Shown piece by piece: positions 49,230 to 59,769 of a DNA stretch of 64,000 bases; the first letter of the stretch is position 1, and each line of letters starts with the position of its first letter. The stretch spans positions 128,478 through 192,477 of the forward strand of contig CAVXNF010000008.1 of the NCBI GenBank assembly GCA_963763075.1, written 5' to 3'. The notes beneath the pieces are model-generated. The model searched no databases, had not been told where the DNA came from, and was given only the letters and a program-made list of their open reading frames with translations. Position numbers and translations under genes: made by a program. This DNA is from an uncultured Chloroflexia bacterium (GTDB taxonomy: Bacteria; Chloroflexota; Limnocylindria; Limnocylindrales; CSP1-4).

Positions 49230-51642
49230 CAGGCACGTACCTCCGTTCCGGGGAGCGCGGCATCGGCCACGTGGTCGTCGCTTCCGTCGCCCTCCCAGCC
49301 GAGCGCCCTCGGGAGCCCATGGTCCCACGCGTGGCGCAGGTCCGCGAGCGGCACCTCGAGCGCATCCGCGATCCGGCTGCCCCGCTCCTCCGCGGCGCCC
49401 GGTGGCGCCGTCGCCGGCGAGCTCGATGACGAGCCGCGTGCCGCCGGTCGTGCCGAGGGCGTGGACCGGGAGCCCGTGCTGGCGGGCGAGCAGCTCGAAC
49501 GCCGGGAGGTGGCGCGGGACGACCTCGACGACGAGCCGCGACGGGCTCTCGCCGAACAGCGCGACCGCCGGCGAATCGCCGACGCCGACGCGCAGCGCCG
49601 CCCCGACGTCGCCCCAGATCGCCATCTCGGCGAGCGCGACCGCGAGGCCGCCGCCGGACACGTCCTGGCAGCTCTCGACGAGGCCGCGCGCGATCGCCTC
49701 GCGGATGAACGCCTGGACGGCGGTCTCGCGGGCGAGGTCGAGCGGCGGCGGGCCGTCCTCGGGCGCCGCGCCGGCGAGCCGCTCGTACGCCGAGCCGGCG
49801 AGCCCGGGCGCCGTGTCGCCGACCATGACGACCGCGTTGCCCTCGCCGCGGAACGCCGGGCCGACGCGCGTCGCGACGTCGTCCAGCAGCCCGACGATCC
49901 CGATCTCGGGCGTCGGGGCGATCGCGGAGCCGGGCGCCTCGTTGTACAGCGACACGTTGCCGCCGGTGACCGGCAGCCCGAGGGCGATGCACGCGTCGGA
50001 CAGGCCGCGGACGGCCTCCGCGAGCTGCCAGAACGCCTCCGGACGGGTGGGGTCGCCGAAGTTGAGGCAGTTCGTGACGCCCAGCGGCCGCGCGCCGGTG
50101 ATCGACACGTTGCGGGCCGCCTCGGCGACGGACATCGCGGCGCCCAGCCACGGGTCGTGCTGGCCGACCGGGGCGTTGCCGTCGGTCGTCGCGACGAGCG
50201 CCTTCGTCGTCCCCTTGATCCGGAGGACGGCGGCGCCCCGGCCCGGGCCCGCGACGGTGTTGGACTGGACGTTCCAGTCGTACTGCTCGAACACCTCGCG
50301 GCGCGACGACAGGTTGGCCGACCCGAGGAGCGCGGTGAGCACCGCACCCGGGTCCTGGCCGCGGAGCGGCAGCGTGTCGACCTGCTCGTCGGCGGCACCC
50401 GGGGCGGGCGCGGCACGGCGGCGGGCCGGGGCACGCGACTCGCGCTCGAACACGATCGCCTCGGAGGCGAGGGCGCGGGCCGGGATCCGGGCGAGCTCCT
50501 GCACGCCGGCGACCGGGCGTACCGTCGGGGTCGAGCGCGCCGGCGCCGTCAGGGCCCGTGAGCACGACGATGTCCTGCGCCTCGGTCACGCGGCCGATCA
50601 CCGCCACGGGCAGGTCCCAGCGCTCGCACACGGCGCGCACGGCCTCCCAGCGGCCCGGCTCGACGATGGCGACCATCCGCTCCTGGGACTCGCTGATCAT
50701 CACCTCGAACGGCTCCATGCCCGGCTCGCGGCGCGGGATCGCGTCGAGGTCCACGAGCATGCCGGTGCCGCCGCGATCCGCGGTCTCGCACGTCGCGCAG
50801 GTGATGCCGGCGGCGCCGAGGTCCTGGATCGAGACGACGAGGCCCTTCGCGATCAGCTCGAGCGTCGCCTCGATGAGCAGCTTCTCCGCGAACGGGTCGC
50901 CGACCTGGACCGACGGCCGCTTGGACGGGTCCTGGTCGCCGAACGTCGCGCTCGCGAGCACCGACGCGCCGCCGATGCCGTCGCGGCCCGTCGCGGAGCC
51001 GTACAGGACGACGAGGTTGCCCGGGCCATCGGCCGAGGCGCGGGTGAGCATCCCCTCCTCGAGCAGGCCGATCGCCATGACGTTGACGAGCGGGTTGCCC
51101 TGGTACGACGGGTCGAACACGAGCTCGCCGCCGACCGTCGGCACGCCGACGCAGTTGCCATAGCCGCCCACGCCACGCACGACGCCGTCGACGAGGTGGC
51201 GCGTCCGGGCGTCCGACGGGTCGCCGAAGCGCAGCGCGTCGAGCACGGCGATCGGCCGGGCGCCCATCGCGAACACGTCGCGCAGGATGCCGCCCACGCC
51301 GGTCGCGGCGCCCTGGTACGGCTCGACCGCGGACGGGTGGTTGTGGCTCTCGATCTTGAACGCGACCGCGAGCCCGTCGCCGATCGAGATGACGCCCGCC
51401 TGCTCGCCGATGCCCGCGACGACGTCCTTGCCCGCCGTGGGCAGCGTCTTGAGCAGCGGCCGCGAGCTCTTGTACGAGCAGTGCTCGCTCCACATGACGC
51501 TGAACATCGCGAGCTCGAGGCCGTTCGGGTCGCGGCCCAGCTTCTCGCGGATCGCGTCCAGCTCGACGTCGTCGAGGCCGAGCGCGCGGTGGAGCGGGAC
51601 CTCCGCGGTCACCGGGACGTCCGGCTCGGTCGTGGCGGTCAT
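49229..51642 (-). CDS. purL: FGAM synthase II (large subunit PurL), about 2 frameshifts
   Basis: ATG overlaps the purQ stop (ATGA). MTATTEPDVP..FSVMWSEHCSYKSS..KIESHNHPSAVEPYQGAATGVGGILRD (frame of 48340..52302). Second half ..FEQYDWNVQSNTV..ATTDGN..NCLNFGDP..LPVTGGNVSLYNE (ORF 47760..50504). Tail in ORF 49229..50434. The stop shares 1 nt with the purF ATG. Confidence 0.9.
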
Positions 51643-52400
51643 CGCGGCACGGCCCCGGCCAGCGTCCGCGTGCCGGTCACGGCGCCCGTCGCCGCGTACT
51701 CCTCGGCGCTGACGACGAGCGAGCGGATGATCCCGAGGCCGTCCGCCGATCCGATCAGCGCCTCGACGGCGGTCTCGGGGTGGGGCATGAGCCCGGCGAC
51801 GTTGCCCGCGGCGTTGGCGACGCCCGCGATCCCGCGCAGCGACCCGTTCGGGTTGCCGGGGTCGTCCGGGCCCGCGGTGGTGCCGTCCGCGGCGGCGTAG
51901 CGCCACAGGACCTGGCCGTCGCGCTCGAGCGCGTCGAGCGTCGCGTCGTCGGCGAAGTAGCAGCCCTCGCCGTGCGCGACCGGCATCCGGAGCGGGCGCC
52001 GCTCCCCGATCTCGCGGGTGAACGGCGAGTCGAGGCGCTCGGGGACGAGCGCGACCTCGCGGCACACGAACCGCAGCCCGCGGTTGCGCAGCAGGGCGCC
52101 GGGCACGAGCCCCGCCTCGGCGAGCACCTGGAACCCGTTGCAGATCCCCAGCACCGGTCCGCCACGGGCCGCGAAGTCCGCGACCGCCCGCATCACGGGG
52201 CTGAACTGGGCGATGACGCCCGCCCGGAGGTAGTCGCCGTACGCGAACCCGCCGGGGAGGAGCACGCCCGAGACGTCCGACAGGTCGGTGTCCTCGTGCC
52301 ACAGCATCACCGGCTCCGCGCCGGCCACCGTCAGGCCGTTGACCGCGTCGATGTCGCGGTTGGAGCCCGGGAACAGGACGATCCCGACGCGGACGCTCAA
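51639..52400 (-). CDS. purQ: FGAM synthase I (glutaminase subunit PurQ), intact, TTG start
   Basis: ORF 51639..52400: VGIVLFPGSNRD..LLPGGFAYGDYLR..GICNGFQVL (catalytic Cys)..MPHPE. TTGA overlap with the purS stop. Confidence 0.95.
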   Translation of the reverse strand: MSVRVGIVLFPGSNRDIDAVNGLTVAGAEPVMLWHEDTDLSDVSGVLLPGGFAYGDYLRAGVIAQFSPVMRAVADFAARGGPVLGICNGFQVLAEAGLVPGALLRNRGLRFVCREVALVPERLDSPFTREIGERRPLRMPVAHGEGCYFADDATLDALERDGQVLWRYAAADGTTAGPDDPGNPNGSLRGIAGVANAAGNVAGLMPHPETAVEALIGSADGLGIIRSLVVSAEEYAATGAVTGTRTLAGAVPR

Positions 52401-52696
52401 CCCGCCGCTCCCGCGCCGGCCGGCGCCGGCGCCTCGCCCAGCGCCTCGACCTCGTACTGCTCCATGAGCGGGTTCGACAGCAGCTCGCCCGCCAGCCGCT
52501 CGACGACCGCCCGTGCGGCGTCCGCGTCGGCCGCGGTCACCGCCAGCTCGACGCGGCGGCCCACGCGGACCCCGGTCACGCCGGCGATGCCGAGGTGGGG
52601 CAGGCTGCGCTCGACGGCCTTGCCCTGCGGGTCGAGGATGCCGGGCTTGGGGGTGACGTTGACCGCAAAGCGGTACGCGCGGGTCGGCTCGCTCAT
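52397..52696 (-). CDS. purS: FGAM synthase subunit PurS, intact (99 aa)
   Basis: [53 protein letters not shown].. within ORF 52397..52831. ATGA overlap with the purC stop. Confidence 0.9.
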   Translation of the reverse strand: MSEPTRAYRFAVNVTPKPGILDPQGKAVERSLPHLGIAGVTGVRVGRRVELAVTAADADAARAVVERLAGELLSNPLMEQYEVEALGEAPAPAGAGAAG

Positions 52697-53611
52697 CGGG
52701 CGATCACGTCCTCCTCGAGATAGCGGGCGAAGCTCGCCCCGGTGATTCGTTCGTAGGCCTCGACGTAGCGCCGGCGGGTGCCGTGCACGACGTCGGCCGG
52801 CAGCGCCGGCCCGGGCTCGGTCTTCGGCCACGGCTGGGTCTCGAGCCAGTCGCGGACGAACTGCTTGTCGTAGCTCGCCTGCGGCCGGCCGGGCCGGTAG
52901 TCATCGGCGTTCCAGAAGCGCGAGCTGTCGGGCGTCATGACCTCGTCGATGAGGATCAGCTCGCCGTCGGGCAGCACGCCGAACTCGAACTTCGTGTCGG
53001 CGAGGATGATCCCCGCCTTCGCGCACACCGCGACCCCCAGCTCGTACAGGTGGATCGACAGCTGCCGCAGCGCCTCCGCGTGCCGGCTCGCCGACGAGCT
53101 CGACGACCCGGTCGAAGGTGATGTTCTCGTCGTGCTGGCCCTGGGGCGCCTTCCAGGCCGGGGTGAAGACCGGCTCGGGCAGGCGATCCGACTCGCGCAG
53201 GCCGTCGGGCAGCGGGATGCCGCACACGGACCCGCTGGCGCCGTACTCCTTCCAGCCGGAGCCTGACAGGAAGCCGCGGACGACGCACTCGATCGGCAGC
53301 ACCTCGGCCGTCCGCCCGATCATCAGGCGGCCGCGCAGCTCGTCCATCGCCGCCGGGTTGCCGCCGGTGAGGCTGACCGGCACGTCCGCCGGGTCGACCG
53401 ACAGCAGGTGGTTCGGGACGAGGTGCGCCGTCTCGTGGAACCAGAACCGCGACAGCCCGGTGAGGACGCGGCCCTTGTCCGGGATCGGCGTGGGCAGGAC
53501 GACGTCGAACGCCGACAGCCGGTCCGACGCGACGAGCAGCAGCCGCTCGTCATCGAGGCGGTACAGGTCGCGCACCTTGCCCGACCGGACGAACGCCTCA
53601 GCGAGCGGCAC
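52693..53611 (-). CDS. purC: SAICAR synthetase, one frameshift near 53080
   Basis: GTG start. [42 protein letters not shown] (ORF 52901..53611). Then ORF 52693..53028 ([26 protein letters not shown]). Confidence 0.9.
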
Positions 53612-54960
53612 CGGCGGCCTCCTTCGGGGTCGTGGCGTCGGCGCGGGCCCGCAGCGTCGCCTCGAGCCCGTCGAGCCGGGCGATCACCGCCGGCACGTGG
53701 CGCAGGGCCGCCGCGTCGTCGAAGCACGCGTCGAGCGCCGAGAGCGGCAGCCGCTGGGCACACTGCGGATCCGTGGCGAGCAGGCCCTGGAGCGGCACCC
53801 GCTCGTCGGCCGCGCGGAGCGCGTTGCGCTGGACGATCGCGTACGCGTCCTCGCGCGACAGGCCGCCCTGCTCGACGAGGGCGAGCAGCACCCGCGAGCT
53901 CGCGTGGAGGCCCAGGCCGCGCTCGATGTTCTCGCGCATCCGCTCCGGGCGGACGACGAGCCCCTCGACGAGGCCGGCCGTCTTCACCAGCAGGTAGTCG
54001 AGCACGATCGTCGCGTCGGGCAGGATCACCCGCTCCGCCGAGCTGTGGCTGATGTCGCGCTCGTGCCACAGCGGCTGGTTCTCGAACGCGGTGTGCGCAT
54101 AGCCCCGCAGCACGCGGGCGAGGCCCGCGATCCGCTCCGACAGGATCGGGTTGCGCTTGTGGGGCATCGCGGACGAGCCCTTCTGGCCCCGCTTGAACGG
54201 CTCCATCACCTCGCCGATCTCGGTGTGCTGGAGGTTGCGCACCTCCGTCGCGAGGCGCTCCAGCGACCCGCCGAGGATCGCGATCGCGGCGAGGAACGCG
54301 GCGTGGCGGTCGCGCTGGACGATCTGGGTGCTGACCGGGTCCACGCGCAGGCCGAGATCCGCGAGGACCTCCGCCTCGAGGTCCGGGTCGAGGTGGCTGT
54401 ACGTCCCGACCGGGCCGCTGATCTTGCCGGTCGCGATCTCGGCGGTCGCGGCGGCGAGCCGCTCCCGGCCGCGGGCGACCTCGAACGCCCAGCCGGCGCA
54501 CTTGAGCCCGAACGTCGTCGGCTCGGCGTGGACCGAGTGGGTGCGGCCCATCATCACGGTCCCGGCCTCGGAGCGCGCCCGGGCGATGAGCGCGGCGGTG
54601 AGCCGGTCCGCGCCGTCGAGCAGCCGCTCCCCCGCCGCGCGGAGCTGGAGCGCGAGCGCCGTGTCGACGACGTCGCTGCTGGTGAGGCCGAGGTGGAGGT
54701 AGCGGCCCTCGGCGCCGATCGTCTCGGCGACCTGGCTGACGAACGCGATCACGTCGTGGTCGGTGGTCGCCTCGATCTCGGCGATCCGGTCGACGTCGAC
54801 GGTCGCCCGCGCCTCGATCGACGGCCAGCGCATCGGCCGGCACGAGGCCGCGGCGCGTCTCGGCGCGACACACGGCGAGCTCGACCTCGAGCATCCGCTC
54901 GAAGCGGGCCTGGTCGGACCACAGCGCGCCCATCTCGGGCAGCGTGTAGCGCCGGATCAC
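53598..54960 (-). CDS. purB: Adenylosuccinate lyase, one frameshift near 54830
   Basis: GTG at 54960 gives the canonical (M)[26 protein letters not shown] (frame of 53323..54999). Then ORF 53598..54833: ..[40 protein letters not shown]. Confidence 0.9.
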
Positions 54961-56283
54961 GCCGGTGCTCCCACGGGGACGATCGCTCGGCGATGTCATG
55001 GCGGCGCTGCATCCCGTCCCACGAGATCGCGCCGGCGCCGCGCTCGGCCGCGAACCGGGCGTCGTCCAGCGTGTCGCCGACGTCCACGACGGTCAGGACC
55101 CGGCCGCCGTTCGTCCCGAAGCCGGCCATCCGGTCGCTCGATCGTGCCGGCGTGGAACACGAGCGAGCCCGTGTCCGAGGCGTCGGTGATGCCCTCGATC
55201 GGGTCGCCGCGGCGCGGATCGCCCGGGTAGCCCTTCGCCGCGAGCACGATGCCGACGGCGGCGATCGGGCGCGTGGGGAACAGCGTCGGCGTCGTCGCGG
55301 GGATGGCGCCGCGCGCCGCCGCGAGCAGCAGCGGGCCGATCGCCCCGGCGAGCCGCGGCAGGATCACCTGCGCCTCGGGATCGCCCAGCCGGACGTTGCA
55401 CTCGAGGAGCACCGGCCCGTCGGCGGTGAGGATCAGGCCCGCGTAGAGGAAGCCGCGGAACGGCGTGCCGCGGCGGGCGAGCTCGGCGAGGATCGGCCGG
55501 TGCACGGTCTCGAGCACGCGCTCGACCGTCGCGTCGTCGAGGTCGGGCAGCGGCGAGTAGGCGCCCATGCCCCCGGTGTTCGGCCCCTCGTCGCCGTCGC
55601 ACAGGCGCTTGTGGTCGCGGGCGGCGGGCAGCGCGACGACCCGGGTGCCGTCGCAGATCGCGATCACGCTCGCCTCGGGTCCGTAGAGCCGCTCCTCGAT
55701 GACGAGCGCGGGCTCGTCGGCCGGCCGGCCCTCGACGAACGACGGGGCGAGCTCCCGCGCCTGGTCGACCGTGTCGCACACGACGACGCCCTTGCCGGCC
55801 GCGAGGCCATCGGCCTTGAGCACGACGCCCGCGCCGTCGGCGGCGAGCGCCTCGATGAACGCGAGCGCACCCGCGGCATCGCCGCCCGCGAACGCCTTCG
55901 CCCGCGCCATGCGCACCCCGGCCGCCTCGGCGACCTCGTGGCAGAACGCCTTCGACGTCTCGAGCGCGGCGGCCGCCCGGGTCGGGCCGAACACGGGGAT
56001 CCCGGCCGCCTCGAGCGCATCGGCGACGCCGACCGACAAGCGGCGCCTCCGGCCCGACGACGACCAGCTCCACGGACGCGGCGCGGGCACACTCGACCAC
56101 CGCCTGGGGATCGAGCGGCTCGACCGGCACGCAGCGCACGCGCGGCTCGCGGGCGATCGCGGCGCTCCCGGGCGCCACGACGATCTCGTTGCCGCCCGGC
56201 TCCTGCGCGAGCTTCCAGGCGATGGCGTGCTCGCGACCGCCGCCGCCCACCACGAGGACGCGCGTCGGCTGGTGGAGGCTCAC
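54957..56283 (-). CDS. purD: Phosphoribosylamine-glycine ligase, at least 3 frameshifts; stop inferred
   Basis: GTG start: [19 protein letters not shown] (ORF 55093..56283). ATP-grasp core [53 protein letters not shown] (ORF 54996..56090). C-terminus [43 protein letters not shown] (ORF 54749..55129). A TGA overlapping the purB GTG (GTGA) is reachable by one more frame change. Confidence 0.88.
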
Positions 56284-56301
56284 CGTCGCGTCCCGTCCAT
56301 C

Positions 56302-57610
56302 TCAGGCGGACTTCACGGGCCGGTGGCGCATCGGCCGCCACGCACGCTCGATGGTCTGGGTCCGCTCCGGCCCCACGGACACGAGGACGATCGGGACGGC
56401 GGCGTGCTCCTCGAGCGCGGTCACGTACCGCCGCGCGTTCTCGGGCAGGTCGCCGAGCGAGCGGACCGCGTGGATCGGCTCCTCCCAGCCCGGGAAGTCC
56501 TCGTAGATCGGGACGGCGCGCGAGAGGGCGCTGCCGGACGACGGCCAGGTGTCGACGCGGGTGCCGTCGATCTCGTACGCGACGCACAGCTTGATCGTCT
56601 CGATCCCCGACAGGATGTCGAGCTTGTTGAGCATCACCGCGCTGTTGGAGTTGACCGCCACCGCGTAGCGCAGCGGCACCGTGTCGAACCAGCCGACCCG
56701 GCGCGGGCGGCCCGTGACCGTGCCGAACTCGCGGCCGCGCTCGGCGATCCCCTTGCCGATGTCGTCGAACAGCTCGGTCGGGAACGGGCCGGATCCGACC
56801 CGGGTCGAGTACGCCTTCATGACGCCGATGACCTCGTCGACCTGGAGCGGCCCGATGCCGCCGCCCGTGCACGCGCCGCCCGCGACCGGGTTGGACGAGG
56901 TGACGAACGGGTAGCTGCCGTGGTCGAGGTCGAGGAGGGCGCCCTGCGCGCCCTCGAGCAGCACGTGGTCGCCACGCCGGAGCGCGTCCTGGACGAGCCA
57001 GGTCGAGTCGTCGAGGTGGTCGCGGAGGCGCTCGCCCCACGCGGCGCACTGCTCGACGAGCGGCTCCACGGAGAAGCCCGGCGCGCCCATCGCCTCGAGG
57101 AGCAGGTTCTTGTCCGGGAGCGCGCGCCCGATCCGCTCGCGCAGCACCTCGCGGTCGAGGAGGTCCTCCATCCGCAGCCCGAGCCGCCACGCCCGGTCGC
57201 CGTAGGTCGGGCCCGATGCCGCGCCCGGTGGTCCCGACCTTCGCGCCGGCGAGGCGGGCCTCGTTCGCGCGGTCGAGGGCCACGTGGTACGGCATGATCA
57301 CGTGCGCGCTGCGGCTGACGCGGACCTTGCGGGTGTCGATGCCCTTCGCGGCGAGCATGTCCAGCTCCGCGATGAGCGTCGCCGGGTTGACGACGACGCC
57401 GTTGCCGATCACCGACGTGATGTGCGGGTACATGACGCCCGACGGGCACAGCTGGAGCTTCACGGTCTCGCTGCCGACCACGACCGTGTGCCCGGCGTTG
57501 TCGCCGCCCTGGTAGCGGACGACCATCGCGACCTGCTCCGCGAGGAAGTCGGTCGTCTTGCCCTTGCCCTCGTCGCCCCACTGGAGGCCGACGATCACCG
57601 TCGCGGGCAT
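56302..57610 (-). CDS. purA: Adenylosuccinate synthetase, one frameshift near 57215
   Basis: MPATVIVGLQWGDEGKGKTTDFLAEQVAMVVRYQGGDNAGHTVV..GTTGRGIGP (ORF 55664..57610). Then ORF 56302..57171 (LLEGAQGALLDLDHGSYPFVTSSN..GSGPFPTEL..GREFGTVTGRPRR.GWFD). GGAGG RBS 9 nt upstream of the ATG. Confidence 0.92.
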
Positions 57611-57620
57611 TCAGCGGCCT

Positions 57621-57633
57621 CCGGACATGAAAC
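57621..57633 (-). repeat. 13-mer GTTTCATGTCCGG (minus strand), copy 2
   Basis: Plus strand ccggacatgaaac at 57621-57633, identical to 35721-35733. Here it bridges the leader hairpin and the purA RBS (..GTTTCATGTCCGGAGGCCGCTGAATG). Confidence 0.7.
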
Positions 57634-57658
57634 GACCCCGGCCGAACGTGCCGGGGTC
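57634..57658 (-). terminator. Terminator-like hairpin in the purA 5' leader (candidate attenuator)
   Basis: GACCCCGGC-ACGTTCG-GCCGGGGTC (9-bp stem) followed on the minus strand by GTTTCATG. It ends 24 nt before the purA ATG. No minus-strand CDS lies upstream that it could terminate. Confidence 0.45.
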
Positions 57659-58054
57659 CTGGATAGACATCTCCCGCGTCCGCTCGCCGGTGGGACGGCA
57701 AGCCGGGGGGTCGAAGGTGCGGGGCCGGCTCACGGGACGGACGACGCGCCTTCCTCGAGCAATGGTCAGCTCCTCCATCGCGGGTCAGGCTCCGCGCAGC
57801 CGGTCGAGGACGGCGTGAGCATACCAAACCCCGGCCGCCGCCGATCACCCACCGCGCGCTCCCGAGGAGTCGTTTCGGTGGCGCAAGTGCCCGGCAAGGG
57901 CGCGATAAGGCCCGGTGCACGGCTCGTCGCTAGCGTTCGTCCTGCCCGTCGATCAACGCCGGCCCCGCCGACCCGTCGACCCGCTGTGGCCCGACCGCCG
58001 GGGCCGGCACCCCACCCGCCACCCACCGCATCTCTGGAAGGAGACCACGGACCG

Positions 58055-58546
58055 ATGAACAGGGTCCTGCTCACGGGGCGCCTGACCCGCGACCCCGAGC
58101 TCCGCACCACCGCCAGCGGCAAGTCCGTGGCGACCTTCTCCCTCGCGACCCACCAGTACGTCGGCGGCAAGGAGCTGTCGGAGTTCCACTCGGTCGTCGC
58201 GTGGGACCGGCTCGCCGACACCTGCGGCACGTACCTCGGGAAGGGCCAGCAGGTCGCCGTCGAGGGCCGGATCGCGACCCGGACCTGGGACGACGACAAG
58301 GGAGCCCGCCACTGGAAGACCGAGATCGTGGCGTCCAGCGTCGAGATGCTGTCGCGCGCCCGGCGCAAGGACTACGCGGCGGAGACCGCGGCGGCGGCTC
58401 TCGAGGCCCAGGCCACGGCCGCCGGCTACACGCCCGACGCGTCGGAGCCCGTCGCGGACGACTCCGGCTTCACCGTCGCGCCCGGCGCGGACGGCGATGA
58501 GGACGACGAGGAGGACGAGCTCCTCGAGGAGGCCGTCGCGGCCTGA
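58055..58546 (+). CDS. ssb: Single-stranded DNA-binding protein, intact, non-canonical C-terminal tip
   Basis: Within ORF 57284..58546: GGAAGGAG RBS. MNRVLLTGRLTRDPELRTTASGKSVATFSLA..FHSVVAWDRLADTCGTYLGKGQQVAVEGRIATRTWDDDKGARHWKTEIVASSVEML OB fold. Ala-rich linker. Acidic end DGDEDDEEDELLEEAVAA. Confidence 0.85.
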   Translation: MNRVLLTGRLTRDPELRTTASGKSVATFSLATHQYVGGKELSEFHSVVAWDRLADTCGTYLGKGQQVAVEGRIATRTWDDDKGARHWKTEIVASSVEMLSRARRKDYAAETAAAALEAQATAAGYTPDASEPVADDSGFTVAPGADGDEDDEEDELLEEAVAA

Positions 58547-58610
58547 CCCGCGAACACTCCCGGCGGCGGCGGTGCGGTCCCCCTCCCGTGCCGCCGCCCG
58601 CGACGCGCTG

Positions 58611-59743
58611 CTAGAGCGACTCGATCGGGAGCCGGAGCTCGAAGAACGAGATCGCGATGATCAGGTAGATCAGCATCAGCAGGGCGCCCTCGAGCCAGTT
58701 CGACTCGCCGTCGAGCGCGATCAGGGCGGCGATCGCGACGGCGACGCCGACCGCGGCGATCTCGAGCGGCTGGAACACGAGGTCCATCGGCTGCCCCACG
58801 ACGAGGCCCAGCAAACCAGCACCGGCGCCACGAACAGCGCGACCTGGAGCGACGACCCGAATGACACGGCCATCGCGAACTCGATCTTGTTCTTGTACGC
58901 GAGCTGGACCGCGACGAGGTGCTCGGCGAGGTTGCCGATGGTCGGGATGAGGATCACGCCCACGAACAGCTCGGACAGCCCGAACTGCTCGATGAACGGC
59001 TCGATCGACCCGACGAGGATCTCCGACAGGACCGCGAGCAGCCCCGCGGCGACGAGCAGCACGATTACCGCGACCCGGCCCGTCCACGATGGGCCGGCGT
59101 GTCCCTCGGGCTCGGAGTGACCGCCGAGCGTGGCTTCCGGGTTCGTGAACTGCCACACGAGCGACAGGGCGTAGCCGACCATCAGGACGAGGGCGACGAG
59201 GACGGACTCCTCGACGAGCGTGCCTTCGGACTCGGACCCGCTCGCGGCGAACACGGCGGGGATGAACAGCCCGACGGCGGCGAGGACCAGGAGCGCGGCG
59301 TTGGAGCCGGCGATCCGCTGGCTGAACGTCTGGAGCCCGTTCTTGAGGCCGCCGGCGAGGACCGCCGCACCGAGGACGAGCAGCAGGTTGCCGATGATCG
59401 AGCCGGTGATGCTCGCCTTGACGACCGTGATGAGGCCTGCCTGGAGGGCGAAGAACGCGATGATCAGCTCGGCGATGTTGCCGAACGTCGCGTTGAGGAT
59501 GCCGCCGACCTGGGGTCCGGTCAGGGCGCCCAGGCGCTCGGTCGAGAGGCCCACGACCCAGGCCAGGCCGAGGATCGCGAGCGCCGCCACGACGAACACG
59601 ACCGAGCCCTCGACGTGGAGCCCGAAGTCGAGCGCGATCGCGACGACCGACAGCACGAGCGTCGCGATGACCGCGATTCGCGCGACGAGCGACAGGGCGC
59701 CGAGGACGGGGATGCGGCTGGGGGTCGCGGTCGTGTGGGCCAC
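58611..59743 (-). CDS. Ca2+/H+ exchanger (CaCA family, ChaA/CAX type), one frameshift near 58810
   Basis: GGAGGAGG RBS and GTG start at 59743. Both alpha-repeat motifs are present, GNIAELI and GNLAEHL (ORF 58721..60073). C-terminal TM segments are in ORF 58611..59906 (..NWLEGALLMLIYLIIAISFF). Confidence 0.85.
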
Positions 59744-59769
59744 TGGCAGATCCTCCTCCAGCCGCGATC

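Noticed and set aside
53118-56594. 1158-aa plus-strand ORF
   Set aside because: It is antisense to purC-purB-purD-purA. The translation is an Arg/Pro/Gly/Ala-rich string with no motifs. It is a typical stop-free shadow frame of very GC-rich DNA. The same applies to 25408..27615, 47552..48748, 48696..50561, 49120..51900, 45018..47729, 8168..9478 and 32217..33875.
57611-57778. 55-codon minus-strand ORF (MEELTIARGRRVVRPVSRPRTFDPP...FMSGGR) ending in TGA directly before the purA ATG
   Set aside because: Tempting as a leader peptide, but it has an Arg-rich off-frame-like composition, no RBS, and runs straight through the hairpins. It is more likely non-coding leader RNA. Kept only as a remote possibility under the purA-leader finding.
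57611-58054. Known RNA families in the purA/ssb intergenic region (purine, ZTP/pfl, ykkC-PRPP riboswitches, SRP RNA, RNase P, tmRNA, tRNA)
   Set aside because: I looked by eye for their conserved cores (e.g. CCGCCTGGGC for ZTP, GGAAGCAGCC for SRP, GAGGAAAGTCCGG for RNase P, GGTTCGAATCC-type T-loops) on both strands and found none. A covariance-model scan is still needed.
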